From Polyangiaceae bacterium (GTDB lineage Bacteria; Myxococcota_A; Polyangia; Polyangiales; Polyangiaceae): a stretch of DNA of 64,000 nt. The number at the start of each line of letters is the position of its first letter. Position 1 is the stretch's first letter. Under the pieces are notes generated by a model, which saw nothing but the letters and a program-made list of their open reading frames with translations, was not told the origin of the DNA and did no database searches. Both the position numbers and the translations under genes were made by a program. Below are positions 46,566 through 56,855 of this stretch, one piece after another. The stretch lies in NCBI GenBank assembly GCA_965222375.1, contig CBDCTZ010000016.1, forward strand, positions 64,001-128,000, written 5' to 3'.

Positions 46566-47495
46566 CTAGATCCGCAAACCCGAGCGGACGTCGTCGCCCA
46601 AGACGGCGTCCAGGGTCTCGATAGCCGCCTCGACCTCCTTGGTTTGTACGTCCGGCAGGCGCACCAAGAAGCGCACGTAGAGGTCACCTGTCTTCTTGCT
46701 GCGCTTCACGCCGCGGCCCCTCAGGCGAACGACCTGGCCGCTCTGCGCGCCTGAGGGCACGGTCAACGCGACGGTCCCATCCGGGGTCGGGACCCGCACT
46801 TTCGCTCCGCGATACGCTTCACCGGGCAGGATGGGCACATCCATATACAGGTCCAATCCGTCTCGTTCGAACACGGGATGCGAAGAAACCCGAATCGACA
46901 GCATCAGATCGCCAGGCGGCCCGCCGACGACTCCCGGAGCGCCGTGACCCGGAACCCGCACGCGATCCCCATCCGCCGCACCCGCGGGGATCCGCACCGC
47001 GACCTCGTCGCCGCCGTCTTGAACCCGCAGTTTCAAGGTTGCGCCGCGGATGGCGCTCATGAAGTCGACGGTGACCTCACTCGATACGTCATGTCCCTTG
47101 ACGGGCCCTCGGCGAGCACGACCGCCAAAGAGATCTCCGAATAGATCCCCGATGCCACTGTTCTGCGCAGCGCCAAAGATCTCCTCGAAGCCAACACTGC
47201 CGCTGCGACCATAGCGAACGCGCCCACCGGCGGCGCGCTTGTAGGCGCGAGCGGCCTGTACATCGAAACCCTCTCTGAGGCCGTCCTCGCCAAACTCATC
47301 GTACAGCGAGCGTTTCTCTTGGTCGCTCAAGGTCTGGTACGCGCGATTCACCGACTTGAAGCGCGCTTCGGCCTGCTTGTCGTTGGGGTTCTTGTCGGGG
47401 TGCAGCTCCGCCGCGAGCTTGCGATACGCCTTCTTGATCTCGTCGGCCCCGGCATCACGCTTGACGCCGAGTTCTTTGTAAAAATCCCTGGCCAT
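46566..47495 (-). CDS. DnaJ-class chaperone lacking the zinc finger (CbpA-like)
   Basis: J domain with HPD, G/F-rich linker, DnaJ C-terminal domain (GDL, LRGRG). Confidence 0.93.
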   Translation of the reverse strand: MARDFYKELGVKRDAGADEIKKAYRKLAAELHPDKNPNDKQAEARFKSVNRAYQTLSDQEKRSLYDEFGEDGLREGFDVQAARAYKRAAGGRVRYGRSGSVGFEEIFGAAQNSGIGDLFGDLFGGRARRGPVKGHDVSSEVTVDFMSAIRGATLKLRVQDGGDEVAVRIPAGAADGDRVRVPGHGAPGVVGGPPGDLMLSIRVSSHPVFERDGLDLYMDVPILPGEAYRGAKVRVPTPDGTVALTVPSGAQSGQVVRLRGRGVKRSKKTGDLYVRFLVRLPDVQTKEVEAAIETLDAVLGDDVRSGLRI

Positions 47496-47555
47496 AGCCT
47501 TCCGTCAAAGTAAGTACGCAGCAGCCTTGGGGCAAGCACGACCGGGGAGCGGGCC

Positions 47556-48434
47556 TCAGCCTTGGTTTTTGCGCCGGGGGGCGAGCCGTTTGCGAGGCCC
47601 CCGACAGGTCACGGCGATGGAGTCGACTTGGTGCGTTGGCGGCTCATCGCTGAAGTCCCCAGAGTACTCGATCGCCGAAAAGCCCGCCGCCTCCAACAGA
47701 CCGCGCATTTCCAACGGAAAAAATTGCCGGTGAGTCAACGGCACGGTCCAACCCGGGCTGCCATCTTCCGGGAAAAACTCCATCCACACCACGAGCAACT
47801 GCCGCAACGGATCGTATTCGAAGCGCTCGGCATACCGAGTCAGCTTCCCGGTGGTCGGGTGGCGAAAGCGCGGGGCGCGATAGCGCTTGTTCGGGTCCAA
47901 ACATAGGTCCGCAGGCTGCGGAATCGAAAAGTCGAAGGCCAAGACGCCCTTCGGCGTCAGGTGCTTTTGCACCGTGTGGAAGAAGCTCCGCGCTTCCTCC
48001 AGCGTGTAGAGATGCAGCACGACGTTGAAGGGCGCGATCACCAGAGGGAACCGGCGCCTCAGCGAAAGCGAAGCGAAATCCGCGTGCTTCAGCGTCACTC
48101 GGGCGCATAGCGCTGGGTCCTCGGAGACCTTTTCCTCCAGGGCGCGCAACATGGGTCGCGAAAGATCGACGGCTGTCACGTCGACGCCCGCGCGCGCCAG
48201 CGCCAAAGTCACGCGACCACTACCGGCCCCCAACTCGAGAACGGGTCCGCCGGTTTGCTCGGCCTGCTTGACGTACCAAGCAACGTCCTCGACACGCTTG
48301 GCGTAAGTGCGATCGTAATACGCAGGATCGGCGTAGTGGGCGAGGGCGCCCAGGTCACCCGCTTGACCCAGATCGCCCGCGGTCAGGCCGGGAACAGATT
48401 GCCGAGATTTGTTGCGCGCCGCGCGCGGGCTCAC
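47556..48434 (-). CDS. Class I SAM-dependent methyltransferase
   Basis: [22 protein letters not shown] coupling to rpoZ. Confidence 0.88.
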   Translation of the reverse strand: MSPRAARNKSRQSVPGLTAGDLGQAGDLGALAHYADPAYYDRTYAKRVEDVAWYVKQAEQTGGPVLELGAGSGRVTLALARAGVDVTAVDLSRPMLRALEEKVSEDPALCARVTLKHADFASLSLRRRFPLVIAPFNVVLHLYTLEEARSFFHTVQKHLTPKGVLAFDFSIPQPADLCLDPNKRYRAPRFRHPTTGKLTRYAERFEYDPLRQLLVVWMEFFPEDGSPGWTVPLTHRQFFPLEMRGLLEAAGFSAIEYSGDFSDEPPTHQVDSIAVTCRGPRKRLAPRRKNQG

Positions 48435-48673
48435 TGCGGTTCGGCGGCTTGGATCTCCGCGATGTACTCGCGAACGACCTCTTCACTCTGCCGGTGCCAG
48501 TAGACGCGGCCCTTGGCGATTTCACGCAGGCTCACGACAGCAGCCTTGTTCTTCGCATTCACCAGCGCCGGAGCACCTTTCATCAACTGGCGGGTGCGGT
48601 GTGATGCCAACACCACCAGTGCGAAACGGTTTTCTTCGTGCTCCAAGCAATCTTCAACGGTAACGCGCGCCAC
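48431..48673 (-). CDS. rpoZ: RNA polymerase omega subunit
   Basis: [10 protein letters not shown]...NRFALV...RTRQL...LREIA; GGAGG SD before the GTG. Confidence 0.96.
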   Translation of the reverse strand: MARVTVEDCLEHEENRFALVVLASHRTRQLMKGAPALVNAKNKAAVVSLREIAKGRVYWHRQSEEVVREYIAEIQAAEPQ

Positions 48674-48849
48674 AAAGGCCTCCTTCGAAAGGGGCGGCGA
48701 AGCTAGCTGAAGGCAATCCCTCGCGCAACCTGATGACCCCACTGCTCCTGAGTTCAGTGCAGCCGCGTTCCGCCAGGCGCCCCCGGCATTTGGCAAAACC
48801 CCGCGTTTTTCCTAACCCAAAGCCGCCGCAACCGCGCAGGATGTCCCCC

Positions 48850-49449
48850 ATGAAACGCCTGCATCGCGACAATCTATTCGCGTGGTCCCAATTCGACGAG
48901 GCCCGCAATCTGGATTTCCACAGCGTGCTCTGGCTGCGTAACGACGGCAACGTCATCGTCGACCCACTGCCCCTGTCGGATCACGATCAACAGCACGTGG
49001 ACGCCCTCGGCGGCGTGGACACGATCATCGTCACCAACTCCGACCATCTGCGTGCCGCCCCCGAGTTGAAGCAACGTTACGGGGCGGAACTTTGCGGACC
49101 CAGCGCGGAGCGATCCCACCTCGCCGCACCCTGCGACCGTTGGCTCGAAGACGGCGAAGAAGTCGTACCGGGATTGCGCGTGCGAGAGCTCGCCGGCTCC
49201 AAGACCCCAGGCGAACTCTGCGTCCTGCTCGAGCCCCACACTCTGATCTTCGGCGATTTGGTGCGTGGCCACCTCGGCGGCAGGCTCAATCTACTCCCAG
49301 AGCCGAAGCTCGCGGATCCCGAAGCCGCGCGCAGCAGCGTCCGACAACTCACCGAAGCGGTTGCCGTCGAGGCCGTTCTCGTCGGCGACGGTTGGCACAT
49401 CTTCCGTGACGGCCAGCGAGCCCTCGAGGACCTAGTTCAAACTTTCTAG
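48850..49449 (+). CDS. Metallo-beta-lactamase-fold protein (degenerate metal motif)
   Basis: NVIVDP, IVTNSDH, GSKTPGE, LIFGD, VLVGDG. Confidence 0.8.
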   Translation: MKRLHRDNLFAWSQFDEARNLDFHSVLWLRNDGNVIVDPLPLSDHDQQHVDALGGVDTIIVTNSDHLRAAPELKQRYGAELCGPSAERSHLAAPCDRWLEDGEEVVPGLRVRELAGSKTPGELCVLLEPHTLIFGDLVRGHLGGRLNLLPEPKLADPEAARSSVRQLTEAVAVEAVLVGDGWHIFRDGQRALEDLVQTF

Positions 49450-49528
49450 CCGCTCCATCAACATGCCGAGCGCGCCGCTATCGACCCGCGGGTTCAAAGC
49501 TTCCACAAAGTCGCCTACAGTCCCACTC

Positions 49529-50296
49529 ATGAGCGACGACGAAGGCGAGTGGGACTTCTACTATTGCCGGGTGGACGACGCCCCAGCGTCGATCTTCCTG
49601 AACTTCAAGCTCCAAAGAGAACGCCCCGTCGCGGACACCCTCTACTATGCGGGCCTGCAAATGCTCGACCCAGCCGATCACGGCATGGGCGGCCCCGAAG
49701 ACGCCGAGGCGCTCTGGGCTTTGGAAGACACCATCACCGCCCAGGCCAAAGAAGCCGGCCTCACCTACGTCGGCCGCCTGCGCAACCACGGTGACTGGCA
49801 ACTGACCTTCTACGGCCCGAGCGGCAAAGAAGAACGCCTCGAAGAGATCATCGTCGAGGCGCTGGCCAGCGGAGAGCGTGGTTACCGGGTCGGAAGCAAA
49901 GAAGACGCCGACTGGAACTACTACGAAGACTTCATGCTCCCGGACGCCGAGCGTTGGCAATGGATCATGGATCGCCGCGTCGTACAACAACTCGAAAGCC
50001 GCGGCGATCCTCTCGACGTGCCCCGCGAGGTCGACCACTTCATCGCCTTTCCCGACGCCGACAAGCGCGACGTCTACGCCCGCGCCGCCGAAGCCCTCGG
50101 CTTCCGCCCCAGCCCCGCAAACCCGGACCAAGCCGCCGAGCTGCCCTTTGGCATCTCCTTGCACCGCGACGACGCCGTGAATCTCAACCACATCCACGAA
50201 GTCGTGATGACCCTCTCCGACCTAGCCGACGAACACGGCGGCGACTACGACGGCTGGGGCTGCGTCCTAGTAGCCGATCCCAAAACCCAGAATTAG
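49529..50296 (+). CDS. DUF695 + RraB-like domain protein
   Basis: WDFYYCRVDDAPASI N-terminus; L..RGDPLDVPREVDH and GGDYDGWGC C-terminus. Confidence 0.85.
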   Translation: MSDDEGEWDFYYCRVDDAPASIFLNFKLQRERPVADTLYYAGLQMLDPADHGMGGPEDAEALWALEDTITAQAKEAGLTYVGRLRNHGDWQLTFYGPSGKEERLEEIIVEALASGERGYRVGSKEDADWNYYEDFMLPDAERWQWIMDRRVVQQLESRGDPLDVPREVDHFIAFPDADKRDVYARAAEALGFRPSPANPDQAAELPFGISLHRDDAVNLNHIHEVVMTLSDLADEHGGDYDGWGCVLVADPKTQN

Positions 50297-50336
50297 GTGC
50301 TTTGTTTTGGGAACGCTCCTTGCGCGGGATCCAGAG

Positions 50337-51527
50337 TCAGTTCACACAAGGATCAGGTGGCGGGGGGGTTGGACTGGCGACCCCACCGAGTTGCACCGGG
50401 CTAGCTTCGAAGCCTATCGCAACACTGATCGCGTCGCAGTGCTTCGCAGGGTCGCCGTTGGTTCCATCGGACATGATGTCGCTGGTCTGGCGAATCGCGA
50501 TCAGCGCACCCTCGAGGGTTGGGTTGCCCGGACAGAGCTGGCCGCCAGTGAGGTAACCCGCGGCCTTCTCGAACTCGCTGACCAGTTGAGTCGTCTTGAC
50601 GAGGCCGGAAATAACGCCATTGGAAGCGCCCGCGCCACCAGGGGTGACGTTCATCGTGATGACCGCATTGAGAATGACGAGCGAAATCGCCCAGCCGCCG
50701 ATGTCAATGTTTAGCTCCACCAGGCCTTTGCCGCCGCTTACCCACGTTCCGCCAACCACGTAGCTGGCTGGGAACCTCACTCGGGGCTGGTTCACACTGC
50801 CGCCATTGACGGAATCGGGCAGGACCTGCCGCACATCGCTGCCGTTCCACGCGGGCGGACCCTGCAGCGGCGCTCCCTTGTAAAGCGCAGCGCTGATGTT
50901 CGTCTGGTTCGGCGCATTGTCTAAGTTGTCCAGCTTCAGGAGCACCGTGGCGCCTCCCTGCTCGATGGCAAGACTCGTGTCATCACTAGGCGAAGGGACG
51001 AGTGTCTTCAGAATCGGGACGACGTTCTTGCCGAAGCCGTTGTCGATGCCCTCGGTGCCGTCCACCTTGTTGGAAGGCGGCGTGTTCGGTTGCAGCGTGC
51101 AGTGATTGGAACCCGTCTTCGTCGAAAGCAGGCCGTCGAGATTGAAACCATAGTTCGCCCAGGCGTTCGGATCGGGCTGCCCGCTCGTATTGGTTTCGCC
51201 CAGGAACACGCGGCGGATGGCGAGCACCGTCGGAGTCGAACCCGTGCCAACGCTGCCTCCTCCTGGCGCCGGCGGCTGCTTTCCCGGAGCGGATGGATCG
51301 GTGGTTGGAGAGCCGCCAGAACCCGTCAGGCCCGTGCCGCCGCTACCGACGAGACCCGAGCCTCCAGTGCCGACGAGACCGGAGCCACCCGAACCACCAG
51401 CGGCAGCTTGGCCGCCCCCGCCGTCGGGAGCGCCGCCCCCACCGCTGCCCTTGCTGGAGCATCCCACTGGCCCTGCCACAACAACGAGCGCCGCAGCGCC
51501 ACCCAAAGCGAGTCTTCGAAGCAACAT
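50337..51527 (-). CDS. Gly-rich myxobacterial lipoprotein
   Basis: MLLRRLALGGAAALVVVAGPVGC signal, GGAGGAG SD, GFNLDG/DGxxGIDN motifs, CDAISVAIGF. Confidence 0.8.
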   Translation of the reverse strand: MLLRRLALGGAAALVVVAGPVGCSSKGSGGGGAPDGGGGQAAAGGSGGSGLVGTGGSGLVGSGGTGLTGSGGSPTTDPSAPGKQPPAPGGGSVGTGSTPTVLAIRRVFLGETNTSGQPDPNAWANYGFNLDGLLSTKTGSNHCTLQPNTPPSNKVDGTEGIDNGFGKNVVPILKTLVPSPSDDTSLAIEQGGATVLLKLDNLDNAPNQTNISAALYKGAPLQGPPAWNGSDVRQVLPDSVNGGSVNQPRVRFPASYVVGGTWVSGGKGLVELNIDIGGWAISLVILNAVITMNVTPGGAGASNGVISGLVKTTQLVSEFEKAAGYLTGGQLCPGNPTLEGALIAIRQTSDIMSDGTNGDPAKHCDAISVAIGFEASPVQLGGVASPTPPPPDPCVN

Positions 51528-51728
51528 TTCTCCTCCCACCAAGCGCACCGGCAGTATGCATCGCGCTCTGCTCGAACGCCACGGCGACTCCAGAACCGAC
51601 GTGACCAGCATCATGGAACCCACGAGGCGGCCCCGCCACTGGCTTCATTCGATTGTTGCACCAGTGCGACAGCCTTTTCCGGCTGGCGGCATTGTCACGG
51701 GCGAAGACTCTCCTTAGGAATCTTCACC

Positions 51729-52436
51729 ATGAACAAGATCAAGACCTGGGGATTTCGAGGCGGGATGCTGCTGGTGGCGGGGTCGCTGGCACTGATGGGC
51801 TGCGACAAGAAGGAGACGCCCAAGAGCGAAGCTCCCACGACGACAGCCAAGACGCCGGAAACCCCCAAACCACAGCCCAAACCGGAAACGCCTCCTGCGC
51901 AAGGCGGCGCGCCGAAGCTGGCCGACGCCAAGGGATCCTACAAACTGGACGTCGCGCACTCCGTCGTTGTGTTCGCTGCCAAGCATGCCGGGCTGTCCTA
52001 CACTTACGGCCGCTTCAACAAAGTCGACGGCACGATCACGATTGGTGACGACGCCGCCAAGAGCTCCGTGGAGCTGGAGATCGATGCCGCAAGCATCTTC
52101 ACCGCCAGCAAGAAGCGGGACGATCACCTCAAGAATGCCGACTTCCTGAACGTAAAGCAGTTTCCGAAGATCACTTTCAAGAGCAAGGAAGTGAAGGATT
52201 CCGGCGGCGGCAAGTACGACGTCACTGGAGACTTGACCCTTCACGGCGTGACCAAACCGGTGACCGTGACGATGGAGCACATTGGGGCCGGCGAGTTCCC
52301 AATGGACAAGTCTTTCCGCACGGGCTTCGAAGGCAACGTCACGATCAAGCGCAGCGACTTCGAAATGAAGAACATGCTGGAGGCGGTCAGCGATGAGATT
52401 CGCTTGATCATCTCCGTCGAAGGCATTCGCCAGTAG
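51729..52436 (+). CDS. YceI-family (polyisoprenoid-binding) lipoprotein
   Basis: LDVAHSVV, GRF, RDDHLKNADF, FPKITFKS, GDLTLHGVTKPV, IKRSDF. Confidence 0.93.
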   Translation: MNKIKTWGFRGGMLLVAGSLALMGCDKKETPKSEAPTTTAKTPETPKPQPKPETPPAQGGAPKLADAKGSYKLDVAHSVVVFAAKHAGLSYTYGRFNKVDGTITIGDDAAKSSVELEIDAASIFTASKKRDDHLKNADFLNVKQFPKITFKSKEVKDSGGGKYDVTGDLTLHGVTKPVTVTMEHIGAGEFPMDKSFRTGFEGNVTIKRSDFEMKNMLEAVSDEIRLIISVEGIRQ

Positions 52437-52441
52437 TCGAC

Positions 52442-53347
52442 ATGGGCCCGAGCACTCTCGTCTGGATCGCACTTCCAGGCGTGGTGTGCGCCTTGCTCTT
52501 GTTGAGTGGTCGCCCGCGGCGCGAGAAGCCGTGGGCGGGCGACCGCTATTTGGCCCCGGCCGCGTTGGGCCTGGCCTACGTCGCGGGTCACTTCGCGCTC
52601 TTCGGCGTTGACCTGACGCCCCATGACGCCACTCACTGGCTGCCTCACGTCGCGCTGCTCGGGATCCTGGCAGCGTTGGTTTCCGCTGGACGCGCGCGGG
52701 GCCTCGCCCTGGTCGTCGGATTGGTCGCCGCCGCCCTCGGGGCCTACGTCTTGCTGCGCCCCCTCGCGGCTCAGATGTCCGGTGCCCGATTCGCCATGGT
52801 ACTGGCGGCCATCGCGACAGCAGCAACGCTCGCTGGGGCGCTGCTCAGGGTCAGCCTAGCAAAAGCCAATGCTCCTGCTGGCGGTGGGTTGTTGGTCTTG
52901 ATCGGCACCGTGACCGCAGCGCTGTGTGGGGCATCAGGCACACTCACGATTGGTCAGTTCGGCGGTCTGGCCACGTCTGCCTTCGCGGGTTTGGCAGTCG
53001 CTGGTTGGCTCTACCGGCGGTCCCTCGATCTGCGGGTGACGGTGCCGGTGGTGATCGCACTGCTCGGTGGTGCCATCACCCTGGCCTTCTTCTACGCAGA
53101 AATGCGCGTCGCGGTGCTGGGCATTCTCGCCGCCGTCCCCATCGCCCTAGCGCTAGCGCACCGACTGATCCCCAAGCGCAAACTACTCGCACAACTCGGC
53201 GCGACGATCCTACTAGGCGCCGTCGCGGGATGGCAGGCCTTTACGGTCCCGGACGACAAGACGCCTTCCAGCGCCACCAGCGACGGCGCAGCGGGGTCCG
53301 CCGCCGCAACCGACGACTACGGTTACGGCTACGACTACGACGACTGA
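52442..53347 (+). CDS. Hypothetical polytopic membrane protein
   Basis: About 10 hydrophobic segments; 5 nt after yceI; ends DDYGYGYDYDD. Confidence 0.8.
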   Translation: MGPSTLVWIALPGVVCALLLLSGRPRREKPWAGDRYLAPAALGLAYVAGHFALFGVDLTPHDATHWLPHVALLGILAALVSAGRARGLALVVGLVAAALGAYVLLRPLAAQMSGARFAMVLAAIATAATLAGALLRVSLAKANAPAGGGLLVLIGTVTAALCGASGTLTIGQFGGLATSAFAGLAVAGWLYRRSLDLRVTVPVVIALLGGAITLAFFYAEMRVAVLGILAAVPIALALAHRLIPKRKLLAQLGATILLGAVAGWQAFTVPDDKTPSSATSDGAAGSAAATDDYGYGYDYDD

Positions 53348-53406
53348 CCCCGCGAAGCCCTGCGACTGACCCCAGTAAGCCCTGCGACTGACCCCAGTAA
53401 GCCCCG
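53341..53406 (+). repeat. Tandem 22-bp repeat x3
   Basis: CGACTGACCCC(GCG/AGT)AAGCCC(T/C)G; the first unit contains the upstream gene's stop codon. Confidence 0.9.
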
Positions 53407-53505
53407 CGCTATCTCATTTGATTTGGGGTCGAGCGCTGTGCCGGCGCGTCTTCCCTAATCTCGCGCTTCATCCCGCGGCGCGCCTGCCGCGATTCGTTCG
53501 CCAGC

Positions 53506-53534
53506 TTGACACTCGTGCACTTCAGCCAAAAACT
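53506..53534 (+). promoter_or_regulatory. Putative tRNA promoter
   Basis: TTGACA (53506-53511), 17 bp, AAAACT, then GC-rich CCGCCG before the tRNA. Confidence 0.55.
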
Positions 53535-53541
53535 CCGCCGT

Positions 53542-53628
53542 GGAGGAGTGGCCGAGTGGTCTAAGGCAGCGGTTTTGAAAACCGCCGTGGGTTTACGCCC
53601 ACCGAAGGTTCGAATCCTTTCTCCTCCG
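53542..53628 (+). tRNA. tRNA-Ser (anticodon TGA)
   Basis: Acceptor GGAGGAG/CTCCTCC + G discriminator; D loop GAGTGGTCTAAG; anticodon arm GCGGT-TTTGAAA-ACCGC; long variable arm; GGTTCGAATCC; CCA not encoded. Confidence 0.97.
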
Positions 53629-53857
53629 CCCCAGATCTCGATTTCCGAATGTATCTCAGCCCGGATTGTCGGACCTGGGTAGGCAGGATCTAGCCCGGAC
53701 GAGCAGCCCGACCCAGCTCAGCAGAAGATAGGCAACAACCGTCAGGCTGTCGCGCTCAGCCTGCGTTGCGACGAGCTTGATCTCGGCAATCGAGTAGTTG
53801 ACAGTAAGCCGTTGCGACCTGGTTGGGAGCGGAAGCCGATCGAAAAGTCGATGCAGA

Positions 53858-54211
53858 TCAGTTGTCAGTGAACAGGTTGATGTATGACGGGTACATGAAC
53901 TTCCTGTTGCGAGCCTGGCCTGTGATCTCACGAAGGATGGTCAGGTCGACCATCTTCGAGACCAGGTCATTTGCGGCAGGGAACGTCGTTCCGATCACGT
54001 CCTGAGCCTCCCTCACGGAGATAATCGGATGGCGGTATAAGTGCTCGAGAACCTTGTGGCCATTCCCTGCTGAGCGACCGAGCGATTCCGTAATTGCGTT
54101 GCGGTGCTGCTCGCGCAGCTGAAGGATGGCGCGGGCCGTCTCTGTGGCTTGGGCGCTCACTTCGATGACCCCCTCGAGGAAGAACTCGAGCCACTCCTCC
54201 CACGCTCCTCC
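53858..54211 (-). pseudogene. C-terminal fragment of a Fic-family (SoFic-like) protein
   Basis: GAWEEWLEFFLEGV...PIISV...ILREITGQARNRKF.Y..Y..LF; the catalytic HPFxDGNGR part is absent. Confidence 0.8.
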
Positions 54212-54233
54212 ACTTGGTGGCATGGTGAGCGTC

Positions 54234-54715
54234 ATGGGTCTTCGACGGCCGGGTTGGATTTGGGTCGTGTCGGTGATCGGCGTGAGTTGCGGCAGAGCGA
54301 CGCAGGAGCCAGCGCGCAGCGGAGCTGGCCAATCGGATCCGGCACGGGCCGCGGAGTGCAGCGTCGACGTTCTATGCCCCGCCGGACAGACCTGCGTGAT
54401 CTCGCCCTGCGCGTCCCCGGCGTGACCATCGATGGCGCGCCCCGCAGCGGCGGGACACGCGGCGCGTCTCGCAGCGACCTCCGCAGCGGAACCGTTGGCG
54501 GGCTTCGCGCAGGAGATCGGATCGATGGCGCGCGGGTGAAGTCGTCGAAATCTGTACCGTACCCCTTCGCGCGCACCTGGGACATCGCAGTGACCGGGCC
54601 CACGGGCTTCTACATCAGCGATGGGGTCGTCCTCGCGAGCACGCTGCGGGCGCCACGTTGTCCGTCAGGGAGCTACAAAATGCCCCCGACCCAAAAACCA
54701 TCTGGACGGCGCTGA
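54234..54715 (+). pseudogene. Degenerate lipoprotein with a Hint-like C-terminal fragment
   Basis: Signal + Cys-rich N-terminus stops at 54425; another frame gives LRAGDRIDGARV...VPY...TWDI...TGFYISDGVVLASTL. Confidence 0.5.
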
Positions 54716-54773
54716 GCTCCCGCGACGATCGGTTTCGTGAGGTCGCCCGCTGCACTCGCCCTCGAAGCCGAAC

Positions 54774-54966
54774 CGCAATCACCGGTTGGAGCTCTCGGCA
54801 CAAGGCGGATCGCCGGCAAGTCCAGAACTGATCCTGATTGCTGGCGGGACCCCAACCGACGAATCCAACGCAATCACCGGTTAAAGCTCTCGGGCTTCGT
54901 GATGGCGGGTCGTCGGCAAGTTTGGATGTGGTCCTGGTTGCTGTCGGGATCCCAGCCGGCGAAGTC
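54774..54966. repeat. Degenerate ~95-bp tandem duplication of the 3' end of the 54874..55266 gene
   Basis: Both units start CGCAATCACCGGTT; translated FAGWDPDSNQDHIQTCRR vs FVGWGPASNQDQFWTCRR. Confidence 0.85.
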
Positions 54967-55266
54967 GGGGCGTAGGTGTTTGCCTCGCTGGAGGTCGATG
55001 TCGACTTCGCTTCGCTGACACTTCCAGTTGGGAGGGCAATCTGTGTCGGCTTCGCAGCGATCGGTGCAGTAGGCAGATTCGTCCCAGGACTCGACGCAGT
55101 ACTGGGCCGGGAACATGCCACGGCACTCGGTCCGCTGGGTGCAGGCCTCTCCGACCTGTTTCGACCAATTCATGTCGTCGTAGTACTGCAGGCCAAAAGC
55201 CGCGCCCAAGAACAGAACCAGGCTCGACACCGCGAGCGCGGCGTAGACAAGCTTCTTCCCACCCAT
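54874..55266 (-). CDS. Small membrane-anchored Cys-rich protein
   Basis: N-terminal TM, GEAC...C...YCTDRCEADTDCPPNWKC; TACGCT 7 nt upstream of the ATG. Confidence 0.75.
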   Translation of the reverse strand: MGGKKLVYAALAVSSLVLFLGAAFGLQYYDDMNWSKQVGEACTQRTECRGMFPAQYCVESWDESAYCTDRCEADTDCPPNWKCQRSEVDIDLQRGKHLRPDFAGWDPDSNQDHIQTCRRPAITKPESFNR

Positions 55267-55462
55267 GCCAAAGAGCGTATCTCAACGCCGAGCGAGCCAG
55301 CACCCTTCGGGCTTCACGTTGACGTGATGGAGCGACGAAACTCCCCCAGCCCAAAACCCAACCGGCAATGGAGACCCGGGGCGCGTACAGCGTGGACCGG
55401 TTACCGTGGGCCTTCCAACCTTCCTATTCACTCTCCCATCGCGGAAGAGGGGACCGGGAGTC

Positions 55463-56689
55463 CTAACGGCAGAGCACGACTTTGTCGGTGCCCGCGCCGG
55501 GTGTGCAGGTGCCAACCTTGGTCAAGTTCTTCAGGACCATTTCGGTACCGCTGGGGGTGCCCCACTTGAAGGTGGAACCGGAGCCGACGCAGTACACACC
55601 ACCGGCGAAGGTGCTGGTGGGGAAAGTGACGATCACGGCCCTGGTGACGTTGCCGGTGGTGTTGGGGCTGAGGGGCTTGTCGACGAAGGCGCGCACGTAG
55701 AGCTGACTGTTGCGACCGTTGAGGTTCGGGGTGCCAACACTACTGCCCGAGAAGTTCACGGCGGTGTTCGTGACCGCTTTGCCCTCGATGCTGCCGGAGG
55801 CCTGGGTCGCGCAGCCACTGCAGAACGTCACGTCGCCGGCCACGGCCGGTCCACTGGGGCACTTGCCCAGGAACTTGGCATCGGTGCTGGTGATGGTTTT
55901 GCGAAGGCTCGGGAGGATGACCATTTTCGCGGAACCAAGGCAGACCACGCCACCGCCGAGGACGCTGCTGGTCGGGCTGACCAAGACCGAGGAATCGACG
56001 TCGTAGCTGCCGGCCGGCAGCGTGCTGAACATCCCCGCCACCTTGCCTTGGAGCCTCTCGGAGCCCTCGTCCTTGAACAGCAGGGTGTTCCACCATGGAT
56101 TTGTGTTCGGTCCGGCGACGCTCAAGGCCTGCCAACCCTCGGAAACCTTCGTGGCCCCGAGCTGGCCTTCGATCGCGCTGCCCGGCGCCGTGGCGCAACT
56201 GAACGCGGGTGTTCCACCCGTGCCCACGCCGCCGGTTCCTGCACCACCCGTGCCCACGCCGCCGGTGCCGCCGCTGGCTCCACCGGAACCCGAGGTGCCA
56301 CCGGTCGAACTAATGCCACCGCTGCCGGACGTTCCGCCCGTCGAGCTGATGCCACCGCTACCCGAACCACCGCCGCTGCCCGCGGAGCCTGCACTACCCG
56401 CGCTGCCTGCGGAGCCAGCGCTACCCGCAGAGCCCGCGCTACCAGCCGAGCCGCCACTACCCGATGTGCCACCCGTCGCGCCGGTTCCCGAAGCGCCGCC
56501 GCTCGTGCTGCCACCGGTCGCGACCCCACCGGATCCGCCTGTTGTCACGAATCCCCCGGTGCCGCTCATGCCACCGATGCCTGCGTCAGGCTTCGGTCCG
56601 CCACCGCTGTCGTCGGAGTCGGAGCCACAAGCCGCGACGAGGCCGAGGGAGGAAACACCAATCAGGACCAACAGAGATGAGCTGCGCAT
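55463..56689 (-). CDS. Gly/Ser-rich lipoprotein
   Basis: MRSSSLLVLIGVSSLGLVAAC signal; (SAG)n linker; Cys-containing duplicated beta domain. Confidence 0.8.
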   Translation of the reverse strand: MRSSSLLVLIGVSSLGLVAACGSDSDDSGGGPKPDAGIGGMSGTGGFVTTGGSGGVATGGSTSGGASGTGATGGTSGSGGSAGSAGSAGSAGSAGSAGSAGSAGSGGGSGSGGISSTGGTSGSGGISSTGGTSGSGGASGGTGGVGTGGAGTGGVGTGGTPAFSCATAPGSAIEGQLGATKVSEGWQALSVAGPNTNPWWNTLLFKDEGSERLQGKVAGMFSTLPAGSYDVDSSVLVSPTSSVLGGGVVCLGSAKMVILPSLRKTITSTDAKFLGKCPSGPAVAGDVTFCSGCATQASGSIEGKAVTNTAVNFSGSSVGTPNLNGRNSQLYVRAFVDKPLSPNTTGNVTRAVIVTFPTSTFAGGVYCVGSGSTFKWGTPSGTEMVLKNLTKVGTCTPGAGTDKVVLCR

Positions 56690-56855
56690 GCGCAGAGGGA
56701 ACCACGGGACTTGACATGCGGCAAGTCGCCAGGCTCGAGCGCGCATCGGACTGACCGCCCCCGAGGGGCGTCGCGGCAGGTCAGGGACCCAGTCGCGGGC
56801 CCCAGGCTGAAGCGCACAGCGGGCGGCGCTCCCGACAGCAAACTCGTCGCGTCCG

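Noticed and set aside
53542..53628. tRNA-Sec or opal suppressor because the anticodon reads TGA
   Set aside because: Anticodon TGA decodes UCA (Ser); tRNA-Sec has anticodon TCA and a longer acceptor stem.
54774..54966. Diversity-generating retroelement TR/VR pair
   Set aside because: Mismatches are not adenine-specific (many C/T), there is an indel, and no reverse transcriptase is in the window.
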